Shown: positions 1 to 13,257, numbered from the stretch's first letter. The stretch is DNA of 64,000 nucleotides from Paragordius varius (GCA_964247055.1 OZ176054.1:9238001-9302000), one strand, 5' to 3'. Made by a program: numbers and translations. The notes: generated by a model from the sequence alone, not told the origin.

Positions 1-7
1 AATTAGT

Positions 8-352
8 ATCGTAAAATCGTACAAAATAAAAACACTATCTGGGAGTGATGTATTGACAGCGTTTGATTATTTTTTTAATCACATTATGCTTGCTAAATGT
101 TTTAAAAATAATCGAAACAAACCTAGACTCAAGCCATTAATTCAAAAACTTGCATGGTTTTCAAATGAACGCATAGAACACATGATTCGAATTGAAATGG
201 ATGTAAGTCGAGGCGTTAAACCTGAGAAAATGTCGTATTTTTATCCTAAAGAGTTAATCCATAGACAAAACAATGTTATGCCCAATATAAATTTAAAGTC
301 CAACAGTGTGAATATTAATGATAATAATAATAATATGATTGTTAAAAAGTAA
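8..352 (+). CDS. Probable terminal coding exon of an unidentified gene starting upstream of the window
   Basis: AG at 5-6, then an open frame IVKSYKIKTLSGSDVLTAFDYFFNHIMLAKCF...NNMIVKK* to 352. Protein-like composition; family not recognised. Confidence 0.4.
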   Translation: MVKSYKIKTLSGSDVLTAFDYFFNHIMLAKCFKNNRNKPRLKPLIQKLAWFSNERIEHMIRIEMDVSRGVKPEKMSYFYPKELIHRQNNVMPNINLKSNSVNINDNNNNMIVKK

Positions 353-1463
353 TATAGACAAATAATGATAAATAAATTGAAAAATATTATATATTAACAG
401 GGCATTATTTACATATTGCTTACCAATATTTGATAATCTATATTATAAAAATGGAAAGTGGTAGCTTTGTGATCTGTTTCCGGAAAACCGGTGGACCCAT
501 TCAAATCCAAATGTCGAAAAAATATAATCAATAATTAATGCCCCGACAATAGCTTCGCCATTTTTTTGAATTAGGCCCCCAGTTCGGGCCCACGCCGTGT
601 AAAAAACGGTGTTTTTTGAAAACAGATATTCATAAAAATCGTGTCTTTAAGACAATTTTTCGGACATGTTGCACCATTCGATTTCAAATATGAATTCACT
701 TATTTTCGATTGCGCCGAACATAGTGGGCTCGTTTTTTTAATTTGGGCCTTCTTTTTATCCGTCCCCATCCCCGTAAAATGCTATTTTTTAAAAGTCCAC
801 ATTTTTCGCCCAAGGTATGAGACCGTAAAAATTCAATGAGGATCCCAGGTATTTCCTGTTAAAAGGCAAACATTCTAGATGTGGGTTTTTGTTATATTGA
901 CTGCTGGTTAAGGAGATACCCGCCAAAAACTGACATGTCATATGTAAATAGCGTGCCTTTGGAACTAAATTTCAGAAAACTTATCACGACATATGAGTTC
1001 AATAGGCACTTAAAATATTACCCGTAACAAGACAAAAATTTAGGTCGTGTGGTTTTTTAAAATTAGCTGTTAATTAGGCCTTCACGCCCTGAAAAATGCA
1101 CCACCATAGAATGATTTTTTCGTTTTGAAGCTATTTTTCCAAAAACCACTCAGAGCATATAATTAATCATGATTCCAGGTATTTCCCAAATTAAGGCAAA
1201 AATAATCGAGCGTTTTTTTGTTTTGTCTCTAGAGGGCTACCGGCGTAAAACTGTGTCATCATATCAATACAGCATGCCTTTGGAGACAAATTTCAGAAAG
1301 CCTATGAGTCTAATAGGAACATATGGAATCCATGATAATTCCAAATATTCCCAATATAACGGCAAAAATTTTGCTAAACGCTTTATATCTGCCCCTCTGT
1401 AAGGAGTTAGCCAAAAACTGCGCCACAATATAGAAATTGCGTTGTTTTGGAGCTAATTTACAA

Positions 1464-2739
1464 TAACGTGACCAGATATTTTGAACTTTGATGCAGTACA
1501 AAATTAAAATATAATTTGCCTGTTTTTACACCATCGGTGTGGTATAATACCCAGTTTCCACAAAAAAATATCCTGTTGATATATATATATATATATGGAA
1601 AATATCAGGATTATCATGATGCTTTTAGTTTTAACCTTTACGAGTTAGTAAAGAAAGTTATTTACACTTTTTGTGGTAAGCGCTCCGTATAAAATTGCAA
1701 AAGGTGCGCAATTTTTCCATGCATACTTTCAAAAATTTAATTTTTAGCAAGATTTTGTTGAAGCATACTTCATACTATTTTGAGCATAGGAAACGAAATG
1801 AACGGTTTAGATGTCATTTTATATATATAATTCGATAATGCTAATTTCTAAATCAGAATTTTGATTAAAATATTCGTTCGTTTTCAAATTTATGGTAAAT
1901 AAAAATTGTGTTTTATACAAAAATTCACCAAAATTTGCAAGCAAAGAAACCTTTAAATTAAAATTCCGAATGTTCAACATCATTTAAAAATTTTTATTAT
2001 ATCTTAAAGCGTTTACCGTTTCCATCATGCTTCAAAATTGTTTAAAGTGTGGTTAAAATATCTCAAATTTGTTTATGCATAAAAATAAAAAAACTAATAA
2101 AAATTAAAGTTTAGCAAAAAAATTAAAAATATCATACCTCCCACCTATGAGTATAGAAAACGTAAAAATTCTTAACGAAATCATATATGTCATACCATAC
2201 ATAATAAATTTCAAATAATATTCGGGAATTTTCCGTTGATAAGTAAAACAAGAAATGAACTTTCTAAACTTGATCAATTTATTATAATATCATAAATTAA
2301 TGTTAATTTTAAATTTTGATGAAACACCTCTTTTTTGCGGAAGCCATGAGTGAAAGAGCCATTCTAAATTTTACCGTGGAGCCAGAGATTATAGTTTCGC
2401 CACTGCGCGAAAGGCTGAATCATAAGCGGTTTAACCGATCCAAAATCTAATTTTATGTATAATTAGAGCAGAAAATAAAATATTAACCAATTAAAAATAG
2501 GCCAATCTTCGTTTTTTACCGCAAAATAAACCATTTCTTAAAACATTATGGGGCTATTTTTATTGAGCGTACTATATCAAATTCTACTAATTTTTTTGAA
2601 TAAATAAAAAGGTTAATATATATTAAAAGAATAATTTTTTTAATTGCAAAAAGCAGTACAAAAGTGGGCGCAGTACAGTCGCAATTTTTTTCTGAAAATC
2701 CAGTACTGTACTGCGAAAAACAGCCTATCTGGTCACATA
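1464..2739. mobile_element. TIR DNA transposon nested in Helitron A
   Basis: Absent from Helitron copy B. Termini TAACGTGACCAGAT / ATCTGGTCACATA. AATTTACA is repeated at 1455-1462 and 2740-2747 (8-9 bp TSD). Confidence 0.65.
1631..2419. mobile_element. Possible degenerate TTAA-type (piggyBac-like) MITE nested in the 1464-2739 element
   Basis: TTAACCTTTACG at 1631 and CGCGAAAGGCTGAA at about 2406-2419 resemble decayed TTAA-CC(Y)TT termini. Confidence 0.35.
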
Positions 2740-3851
2740 AATTTACAGACAATTCACGAAGCCATATGAGCTCATTAACAGCTTCAAATATTACCCGTAA
2801 CTAGGTAAAGGTCAGTTTTTATTAGCCGTTAGTTTGGGACCTTTATGTCCTAAAAATACGCCATCATATAACGATTATTTAGTGTGGAGTATTTTTTCGA
2901 ACAACCCATGGGACGATGGTAATAAAGATGATTCCAAATATTTGTCCTAAAAAGGCAAAGAATTTAACTTAGATCTTTTTTCCATATAGGTCGTCTATGT
3001 GTAGGGGTCTACCGGTTTAAAACTGAGACGCCATACAAAAATGGCGTGATTTTGGAGAATATTTAAAAAACTTAAGAAGCCATACGAGTTCAGTTAAACA
3101 CATTTCTGGGGAATTCGTATAATATCATTCTATTAAAAAGGGATCACATATGATTTACTTTTTATATCTCTTGATATCAGCTTTGTGAACAAAATTCCAA
3201 AATAAAACTTTTAACCATTTCGTAAAACGAAAATCTTAAAATAAATCCAATGATAGTTGAATATTAACTTTCATAAGGGACAGTTTAAATATGGTCAATT
3301 AGGAGTATACCTTATTTGAGCCTATGCAAAAATCCGTAAAAGAATAATTATATTCTTTTTATTAAAGTGTTTTTTATTATTTTTTATCTCCATTACGTCT
3401 AATTGCAAATATTAAGAAATAATATTCGGTGAGACTACGTCACAGCGAAGCGTGACAGGGCCAGCTAGTATAATATATTTATTTTAAATTTTATATTTGC
3501 AAGATTGCACAGAAATGATGTCATATAGCATATGGTAAAAATTTTACCGCATAAATTTGGCATTTTTGCGTTAATTTAGAAAACTCGCCCATTTTATAGG
3601 GAGCCAAAAGTTGGCGACTTTTCGGCATCTAAAATATATTTTTTTCTTCTATCATATGGCCGAAAGTCAAAAACACCATGATAGTCCCCAATATGTACTT
3701 CGTGATTATTTTTTTTGCTACCCTCGGATTTTGCCACCGTGTAGGTGACATTTGTTGTTAGTTTATTTGCTGTTAATGATTGAAATTTTAGATCTAGAAA
3801 ATTATCCGTTTTAAAATGGATTGTATCACAATTTATGTTTATCATATATAT

Positions 3852-4046
3852 CAGTGGTACCTACCAAAAAATATTAAAGAGCTGCAAAAATTCTTGCCAT
3901 CCGATAAAAATTTCATAGCTGTTGGAATTGGAACGTTTTATATTTAGAATAATAAGGACATCTAAATATTCAACAAATAATGCATGGCCATAAAAAACAC
4001 TTTTAGGAGAGTCGGTGGCCCATGCGCCTAGGTTTGCGTGCCACCG
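3852..4046. mobile_element. hAT-type MITE
   Basis: TIR CAGTGGTAC / GTGCCACCG; 8-bp flanks ATATATAT / ATGTATAT. Confidence 0.55.
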
Positions 4047-4093
4047 ATGTATATTGTAACACTTTTATGTTAAATTTGATTTAAATTCTATAG

Positions 4094-4259
4094 CAGAGAT
4101 ACTCAAACCGCGGCCCATTTATGACCCTAAATCATTTTTTATAATTTCTTTGACGTACTTATTTTGAGTATGAATATCTGCAAACTAATTTAATCGGTAT
4201 TATAGCCCTAGAGCCAAGAAAAATATTTTTTGGCCCGATATATTTTATGAGCACCGCTG
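4094..4259. mobile_element. hAT-type MITE
   Basis: CAGAGATACTCAAACCGCGGCCC...TGAGCACCGCTG with perfect 8-bp TSD TTCTATAG (4086-4093, 4260-4267). An inverted relative lies at about 23871-24045. Confidence 0.85.
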
Positions 4260-6497
4260 TTCTATAGAGTTTGTATGCAGTTCTTTCCAGCAGATAAGGC
4301 AGCGACATCTGTTTTTTCTACATTTTTATTCAGTAATTTCTAGTTTGTTCTCTGATTGTTGAGACGAGTTCATCGGCAAAGAATATGTTAGGAAGAGAGG
4401 AAGAAGCCGAAGACTTATTCGTTAGATAGATGAAATTTTTTCACTTTCCAAAATGTCACTGCAAAAACTCTCATGGAGGTTTTCCTATAAAATTGCTAAT
4501 GGTCGATAATCGATTACAAGCTTAACAACAAAAAGGAGAGGGATAGGAACTAAATCTTGAGACATAATTAACTAATGAAATATCGTGGGCAAAATGAGCA
4601 AAAAAGTTTTAACAATATATTTTATAACGACCGTAAAAAAATTTTATAAATAAAAAAATAAATGCATGAAATGGTATCTTAACTCAAAACACATCGAATA
4701 TATGCAACCCGCTAAATTGTGTAATCAATAAGATCGACACTCAATTTTTCCAAAATAATGAATTTGTAAAAAATTTTGATGTCATAATCTAGTGATATGA
4801 ATATGTTTACATATTTAATTAATAAAATTATAATTTGTCAAGTATGTGCGTCTCATAAACTTTTACAATACCTTGTGGGCACAAAATACAATATTGAAAC
4901 ACACATCTATTATAGTGGAAATCAACCGTGAATAATATCACAGTTATTATTATAGGATAAATTTTGAGACATACGATATTATTTTTAAACAGTTTTATCA
5001 GGATAATCAAATGGATGTGTTTTGGCGCTTAGTTTTAGGAAAGTTTTCATTACTGGGTTTTGACCCCATTAAAATGGGCTAGATATTAATACATAATCAA
5101 AAATGTTGAGAAACGATAAAACAATATTGATAAATATTTTCTGTTAAAGATTTTTAATGAATAAACTGCTAAAACAAACTCTATATTGCTTTATAATTTA
5201 GGTAAACGGAAACAACAATTTTATCCAGTTGCCTTCTTTATTTTTTTCTAAATCCTTAAATATTAACACAAACATAAAAGCGACCATAACCAATTACAAA
5301 AAATGAGTCACACAATATATCAATGGTCCTACAGCGGGCCACGCCCCCGAGGCTTTCAAATTAATTATTTCTGTCCAGAGATTTTGCAAAAATATCGAAA
5401 TTTTATAAAGAAAGGTTAGATTAGCGGAGTTTATATTGCGCATTACCCAATATTTTCATTTTAGTGCCCATATAAAATGTATCTCGCCTTATTCACACAA
5501 ATTATAGATGGTATGGAAAAACGATAAAATGTTAAATAAAGGAAAAATTGTTTATTCAACATTTGTTGTTATTTTTAATACACTACTATGTGGCCAATTT
5601 ACCAACTATATTAATATCTATAATAATAAAAGTCCGAGTAAACATTGAATAAACAGCAAGAAAAATGGAATCGGTTCCGAAACCGTTGGATTTAAGGATA
5701 ATCGGTTTTAAAAATTTAATTAACAACATCCATAATACGATTCGAAAAATTTTAGGAATTACTCTAGCACTTAAAAACTCTCAAGATTTTTTCTGTGTAT
5801 AGAAGGTAAAATCAGACGGGCTTCAGATTAAGGGGTTCTCTTTGCACTATAACAGATATTAATATTTTTTAATATCATTTACCTTTCAAAAATGAATCTC
5901 CCGCAGTGCATATATGGTATCAATGGACTAAATTAAGATTTCACCACAAATATATAATACTTATAAATTTTCCGATTTGGGTTCATAAATCAATGTAATT
6001 TTTAAGCAAGTTACAGATCATTATCAGTCAATAGTGATCTGCTTTTTCTGGTGTATTTGTGTGATAGTAAAAGATCAAACTATTACGTATATATTTTAAA
6101 ATTAAAAAAGCTATAAAGAATTTAGGATAGGATAATATACTTTTTTTAAAACCATGTTGAATAAAAATTATAAATAAAACTTTATGTTAATATATCTCTT
6201 TAAATATACGAAATTTAGATTTAGTATAATTTGGACTTATTTAGTTAGTTGCAGCCTATTTTTGGATTGATTATTAATTTCCTGACGAGTAGTAAGGGTA
6301 GTTATCAGGTCGGCTAACTACCCAACATCAGCTGTTTAATCTTTACCCAGTAAGAACTAATTTTTGTTTCTGCCACAAACCATAACACTGAACTGAATAA
6401 TAAAAATTTTAAACCGTATTAATTAATGATATATCAAATTTATTCAGGATATTATAGAGGGTTATTTATTGATAAAATTATTCCGCGCCGCATATCA

Positions 6498-7876
6498 TTA
6501 ATCTCGTCTCATCATTTTAACCTTCTTAAGCTTTTTCTGTGAAATCTTCTTTTTGGAATCGTATTCATCGACCCCAGACTTTGTAACGGCTTGTTCTTTT
6601 TCCACCAAAATAATTTCAATGTGACATGGGCTGGACAGATAAGCTAATTATTTTAAAACAATGGATTAAAATTTTTAAAAATTTAATTAGTAGTTTTCAA
6701 ATATTTTATGATGGCTTTAACTTAAATTTGTAATAAGAATATTTAAAAACTGTAAAGAATGTTTTATTTATTGTATAATTAAAAATAAAACGATTAAATG
6801 AAGAAGATTATCAAGACTTTATATATCGATTTTATTATAGTTTTTGTGCACCAGTGAATAAATTTAGAATAAATTGTATGATTTTGACAATTTATACATA
6901 AAAATTTATAAATGGCCAAAAATATCGAGACGGTAAAAATGAATGCACTCTTTTATGTTCTAAAATAATCTAATCGAATAAAATTTCCGATAGAAAGTCC
7001 CACAAATTAAATATAAACATGTAAATAAATAGATTTAATATTTTTTATAAATTGAAATAATGTATTTTAGTTGTTTTGAATTCATTTTAGTATTTAATTC
7101 ACAAATCAAAACATTGAATAATCGACAATATTATAAAAACATGGAGATGATTGTACAGATTTAAAAACTATAGTATTTTTGTTAGGTTCATTTATTCAAA
7201 AACTAGAGAGATTGAATATTAAATAATTTAATATAACTTACGATTAACACGGCCATGGGCTCTGTATGTCCGTCTTCTCATTTTTTGAGCCCGATTAACT
7301 TGAATATGTTCGATTACTAAATGATCGGTGTCAAGACCCTTGTATTCGGCATTACTTTCTGCATTGCGTAGGAGTTGAAGCAAAAACTCTGCCGATTTTT
7401 TTGGCCAACGACCTTGAGTCCATTTCCATGCTTTAGCCTGTGTTGGTTATAATAAAATATAATTTATAGAATTAAAGATCCTTAGTATACAGAAAAGTTA
7501 GGGGGAATTACATAAAATAATATTAATAAGAAGTTTTTTTAAGTTTAATAGAGAAATTATTGATTCTTTTATTTATATGTCGGACATAAAATATTAGTTC
7601 AAAATATTTGGATGAATAGAATATAAAAATTAATATACTTGAGCCTTTCGCCCTACACCTCCATTATATCGTTTAAAAGGTACGATTTCTTTTTTGGCTA
7701 CGACATTTTTTAAATATCTAATAGCACGTCTCAAATGCATATGACGAATAGCATGGGCAGTTTCGCGTGTATTCTAAATGTTAATATAATGTTACTTTAA
7801 AATGGACTCTCAAATTACTGCCGCGTGCTTTAACACATTTGGAAGTGGTTTCTGGTTCAAAGCTATATCTCGTCAT
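6498..7876 (-). CDS. RPL17: 60S ribosomal protein L17 (uL22), 4 coding exons
   Basis: Exons 7876-7796, 7773-7639, 7437-7242, 6643-6498 give [27 protein letters not shown]|[17 protein letters not shown]...GVGRKAQ|[20 protein letters not shown]...RAHGRVN|[12 protein letters not shown]...MMRRD*. Introns 22, 201 and 598 nt, all GT-AG. Confidence 0.98.
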
Positions 7877-7896
7877 AAGGGAAATCAAATGTTTAA

Positions 7897-7950
7897 CTAA
7901 ACGACAAACGCAAAAGAGTAATTTACCTTAAAGATAGTGAGGAGCTAATC
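7897..7950 (-). other. Putative RPL17 5'UTR exon (pyrimidine-rich, TOP-like) and 30-nt UTR intron
   Basis: Minus strand reads CTCCTCACTATCTTTAAG|gtaaattactcttttgcgtttgtcgtttag|TTAAACATTTGATTTCCCTTATG; intron 7897-7926. Confidence 0.5.
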
Positions 7951-8576
7951 TATATATTTATAAAAATGCGCGAATTTTAATTTTCTTACATAGATTAATA
8001 ATTTCGGCTACCTTTCCGATTAATTCATTTAAAATTTACAACAATTTTACGAAAATAGCATCCAAATATATTATAATATATATTACACAAAGATAATAAT
8101 TAGCGTTCTAAATTACTCACTTGAAATTTCTTATGCTAAAAAGTCACTGAGCGGCATCAATATTTTATGCATTTTCAAATAAAAATGATTCAATTTTATC
8201 CAATAAGGAAGCTTTATATCATACTACTTCAGCATCTTTTTTTGGATGAAAAATTGTTTAATGACTGCTAAGTTTTATTATAATTAGATAAACCACAAGA
8301 GAAATAATTAATAAAGCTTAAACTTTTTTTCCAGCACTTTTACCACGTGATCTACATGTTACTCTTTAGTTTTATCCAAAAAATACACAATATATCATTT
8401 TGATTAAAGCTTTTTATTTTCCATCAATGCATACAGTGCCAAAATAAATTGGATTATAATCAGCCAAAAAGTATAAAGAAAGCCTTCGGCTTAATACCTT
8501 ATATATTTTTTAAGATATTCAAATTTTAAATCGATCTGGGATATACAACTGCCCCAAAATATATGGTTAATTACTT

Positions 8577-9252
8577 TTAACACTTCAATTTAATCGGGGT
8601 ATTAAAATACCACAGACTATATTCATTTTGATATTTGTAAAAAACTACTGAAAGAAACGGTTCCAATTTAAATTTAACACTTGGATACAACACACTCATT
8701 TCCTTCGATTCAAATTGGGGTAGTTGGATACCCCAGGCCTGTTTAAAATCAAATAGTTTAAAAAGTATGGAAGCAATCGAAACCATGGCAAAATTTTGCA
8801 CTTATATAACATTAATAAACCGAAATATATAAAATATTTTATTCAAAATACTTGATATTACTTATTTTGAGCTATAACTGAAAGGTAAATTTAGTCAACG
8901 TGACATGTGTCAAATTGTAAAATTAAAAAATAATACAAAATAAACCGCTTTTTCTATTTATCAATGTTAGATGTACTTTATATAAAAATAAGCTTTAGTT
9001 TTACCCTGAAAATTAAATACAGACGATATTTTGCAAAATTTTTGTAAAATAAAAATGGCGTCGAAGTAGTTTGAGGTGGAACTTTTTTTTCAAAACAAAA
9101 TTTTATCAAGATATTTTGGCATAATTATATAATATTTATCAGGATAGAAGCATAAATTTAAATTGGGACCGTTTCCATCAGTAGTTTTTATAAAATTTAA
9201 TTTAAACTTAGTCTGGGGTATTTAGATACCCCAATTTGAATCGAAGTGTTAA
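8577..9252. mobile_element. TTAA-flanked piggyBac-like MITE composite (an extra ~95-bp left end plus a full inverted copy)
   Basis: TTAA|CACTTCAATT... at 8577, internal TTAA|CACTTGGATAC at about 8674, and ...GAATCGAAGTG|TTAA at 9252. Same family at 13921-14727, 31793-32298 and 52949-53496. Confidence 0.8.
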
Positions 9253-10921
9253 TCTTCTATTACACTGTCGCAAAATTGGGAGCAAATTTTTTCACAGGAT
9301 ACTATACCTAGCTTAATATGACCGTTGAGACATATACTACATTTTAAAGATATAAGGATATAAAATATTTTCAATGTAGAAATAGTTTTTTACCTTATTA
9401 TATGGTTATATTCGAAAAAAATCAATTTATTTGCATACAACTTGATCAAAAATTATAAACTTATATATGAAATAATATTGAATAAATATTATTTGCAAAT
9501 TTTGGGTATAGATTCTAAATAAACCTCAATTTAGTAAAACCACCTAATTTTAGTCCTTTATTCTATTAACATAAAAAATATTCGATGAAAAACAATATAA
9601 TATGTGCCCAAATTTAAGTTTGATTTATTTGTTAATATTAATATTACTTATATATATTATAATAAAAACTACATATACACAAAGTTACAAATTTTTGACA
9701 TTTTTTATTTCACTAAAATAATATTAAATTTTTTAATATAAATTTTTGTTTGATCATGTCTTATAATATAATTATAGTGCGTGCAGAATGAAACTGTCAG
9801 ATTAGATAAAAGGTTAAACGCTGATACTGATAATATAATTTATAATAATTTTAGGTAAAACAAGAAATTGCAAATTGTTACGAGAAATATTCATCTACGT
9901 CTGTGGTATTCATAAAAAAGGCAATTTACGTCTAATCAAATTGATAATTTACATTGTGTTCTTTGTGTAATAAATTTATTTTTGCATACATATAATATAT
10001 TCACTTTTCTCAATCTAAAATTATGTTTATCGATGAATGTTTTAGAAATGAGGTCGCCTTTTTAAAATTTTATAAACAAAACTCCCTAGATTGCTGTTAA
10101 GTTTTGCCAAGGATTTATTGGTTTCTCTTAGAATCTCCATTCTCTTCTTCGGCCATCGCAAACAACCTCCTACTTAGGACATAAAAGATTCAACTCATTG
10201 ATTGAGAAGTTTTTTTTGCCAATATATTAATAACATAAATTACCTGATAATTGTTTATCATAAAATGTATATCACTTTTGAATAGATTCAATAAAAACAT
10301 TTAAACAAATGGTACTCAATAAAAAATTTAAAGGGCTGCAAAAAATATCTTTTCTCAAGAACCGTGCAACATATTATAACTATTAAAACTTGCAGATATT
10401 TATAAAAAAAAGTATCTCATAATAATTGATAATTCAGGGCCATAAATACGGTTTTAGTGCCGCATTACTAAAAATGATTAAAGAATTTTTTTCTTAGCCA
10501 TAAACTATCTTTTTAAAAAATAATTCAGGAAAATATGGGACATAGTCTGAAGTTTTTTTTATTTCACATTTCTAATTTAAGGAATGCACCTAAAAAGCCA
10601 TTAAAAATGTAATTGTAATATTTTATTATTATGATTAGTGTATATATATTATTGCAATATTCATTGGGTTTGAAAGTTTTCTTATATGTAAATTAAAAAT
10701 GTTTCAGTTACCTAAAATTATTATAAATTATACTGTAGTGTCAGGGTTAAACCTTTTATCTAACTTGACAATTTTATTCTGCACCTTTTAAGTGAATTTA
10801 TATGACTAAAATTATATCACTAGACATGATCAAAATTTATATTAAAAAATTTTAATTTTATTTTAGTACACTAAAAAATTTGAAAAATTTATAACTTTGT
10901 GTATATGTAATTTTTATTATA

Positions 10922-13257
10922 TGCTAGGCCCAGTCACGCTTCGCTATGACTTAGTCTCACCGATAATTATAATATATCTTGATAATTTGCAATAAATAGA
11001 GGTAATGGAGATAAAAAAAATAATAAAAAAAATATTTAATAAAAGGAATGTCTTTAATTGTTCTTTTACGGGTTTTTGAATAGGCTCAAATACTGTTTCG
11101 AAATCGAACATGTTTAAACTGCCCCTTATTAAAGTTAATATTCACCTTTCATTGGATTTATTTTAAGATTTTCGATTTTAATCATGGTTAAAAGTTTATT
11201 TTGAAATTAGGTTCACACAGCTGGCACAAAGGTTTATAAAAATAAATCATTTGTGGGCCCTTTTTAAAGGAAAGAATGATATTATACAAATTTCCCAGAA
11301 ATGTGTTTAACTGAATTCGTATGGTTTCTAAAATTATTTAAAAATTAGCCCCACAACATTTTTGTATAGCGTCTTAGTTTTAAACCAGTGGACCCCTTAC
11401 CCATAGACCTTTATGGAAAAGGCGCTGAGTAAAATTCTTTGCCTTTATAGGGCAATTATTTGGAATTATCTTTGATACCATCGTCTCATGGGTTATTCAT
11501 AAAATACCTCAAAACTAAATAATTGTTATATGATGGCGTATTTTTAGGGCATAAAGGCCCCAAATAAACGGCTATTAAAGAAATGCCTGACTTTTTTAGC
11601 TAGTTACGGGTAATATTTCAAGCTTTAAATAAGCTCATATGACTTCATAAATTTTTGTAAATTAGCCCTTAAACAAAGCAATTTCGATATAGTGGCGCAG
11701 TTTTGGGCGGGTAACTCCTAACCCAGGGGCAGGTGTAAAAAAGCGTTGGGCAATTTTGGCCTTTATATGGGGAATATCTGGAATTATCTAGTCCATATGT
11801 TCCTATTAGACTCATAGTGTGACATTTGTCTCCAAAGGCATGCTATATCGATATGGTGACGCAGTTTTATGCGGTAGCCCCCTAACAAGGGGCGAAACAA
11901 AAAAACGCTCGATTAATATAATTGACTTGATTCGGTGAATGCCTGGAATCATGATTGATTCCATAAGCTCTCGTGGTATTTTCGAAAAATGCCTCAAAAC
12001 CAAAAAGTTAATCTATGGTGGCGCATTTTTCAGTGCAAGGGCCTAATTAAGGGGTTAATAAAACCGTTCTTTAAATTGCCTTTTTACGGGTAATATTTCA
12101 AGCCCTTATTGAAATCATATGGCCTTAAGTTTTCTAAAATTTGCCTCCAAAGTCACGCTGTATCGATATGGTGGCTCAGTTGTTGGCGGGTACCCTATCC
12201 TGAGGCCAATATAAAAAAGACGTTCGATAAAAAAATTGCCTTTATAGGGGATATCTGGAATCATCATTCATTCCATATGTTCTTAATAGTTTTTGGAAGA
12301 ATGGCTTCCTAAATAATAATTCAATGATAGAACATTTTAAGTTAAGGGCCTAATTAACGGCTAATTTAAAAAATTGCTCCGCTTTAATTTTTTGCGTTTT
12401 TACGGGTATTTCAGGCCCTTATTAAACTTATATAGACGGATAGGTCTTTTGAAAAATAACTCCTTAACAAGGCGATTTCGATATAGTGGTGCAGTTTTAC
12501 GAGGGTAGCTCCCTACCCAGAGGCAGATACAATAAAAGCGCTTGATTAAAATTTTTGCATTTATACGGAGAATACCTGAAATCATGATTGATTCCATATG
12601 CTCTCATTAGTTTTGAAAAATTGCATCAAAACTAAAAAATTATTCTATGGTGACGCATTTTTTCAGGGTTGGAAAAGCCTAATTAACGGAATTTTAAAAA
12701 ATCACACGATCTGTAAGGGTAATATTTTAAGCACCTATTGAACTCATATGTCCTGGTAAATTTTCTGATTTAGCCCCAAAGGCACGCTATTTGATATGAC
12801 GGGTTTTAGTAGGTAAATGTTTACCCAGCAGCAAGTATAAAAAACTCACGATTAAAATTTTTGCCTTTTAACAGGGGATACCTGGAGTTCTCATTAAACT
12901 TTTACGGTCTCATACCTATTTTTGTGGACTTAATTTTTTAAAAAAAAATGTTAAAAAGAGGGCCTAAATAAAAAAAGCCAGCCTACTATGTTCGGCGCAA
13001 TCGAAAAAAGAAAAAAAAATGATATATGAAATCGAATGTTCCAACACGTTTTTCGGAAATTGTCTCAAAGACACAATTTAAAGACCCGTTTTTTACACGG
13101 AGTTGGCCCGAACTGGGGTCCTAATACAAAAAAGAGCGAAGCTATTGTCGAGGCATTTATTAATGATTATATTTTTTGGACCTTTGGATTTGAATGGGTC
13201 TGCCGGTTCGGAAACAGATCACAAAGCCACCAATTTCTATTTTTATAAATATAAAGA
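10922..13257 (-). mobile_element. Non-autonomous Helitron, copy B, with internal ~300-bp tandem subrepeats
   Basis: Minus strand 5' end A|TCTTTATATTTATAAAAATAG at 13257; 3' hairpin GTCATAGCGAAGCGTGAC then GGGCCTAG near 10924. The unit motif TTACGGGT(A)ATATTT recurs at about 11605, 12085, 12400 and 12715. Confidence 0.85.

Larger units (their letters stand above)
437..3468 (+). mobile_element. Non-autonomous Helitron, copy A (carries a nested insertion)
   Basis: 5' end A|TCTATATTATAAAAATG at 437. 3' hairpin GTCACAGCGAAGCGTGAC followed by CTAG|T at 3465-3469. A|T target, no TSD. 437-1462 and 2740-3468 are homologous to the reverse complement of 10922-13257. Confidence 0.85.

Noticed and set aside
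4286-4312. CCAGCAGATAAGGCAG / CAGATGTCGCTG resembling CTCF-type motifs
   Set aside because: Partial matches only; cannot be scored without a matrix or ChIP data.
4330-4430. TGT-TGA in frame with DEFIGKEYVRKRGRSRRLIR as a possible selenoprotein exon
   Set aside because: No start, splice chain, recognisable family or SECIS found.
5590-5940. Long minus-strand frame interrupted only by TGA, suggesting a TGA-recoded code; AG/GT-bounded blocks downstream of RPL17
   Set aside because: The peptide is unrecognisable, conserved Trp positions in the real genes use TGG, and the XK ORF ends in TGA.
6014-6041. 11-bp stem hairpin CAGATCATTAT-cagtca-ATAGTGATCTG
   Set aside because: Isolated; matches no histone stem-loop, SECIS or snoRNA pattern.
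6644-7638. Intronic C/D snoRNAs as in vertebrate RPL17
   Set aside because: No convincing box C and box D pair found on the minus strand by eye.
10050-10175. Minus-strand peptide RWPKKRMEILRETNKSLAKLN resembling RPL17 RWPKK
   Set aside because: Similarity is limited to five residues; more likely chance or TE debris.
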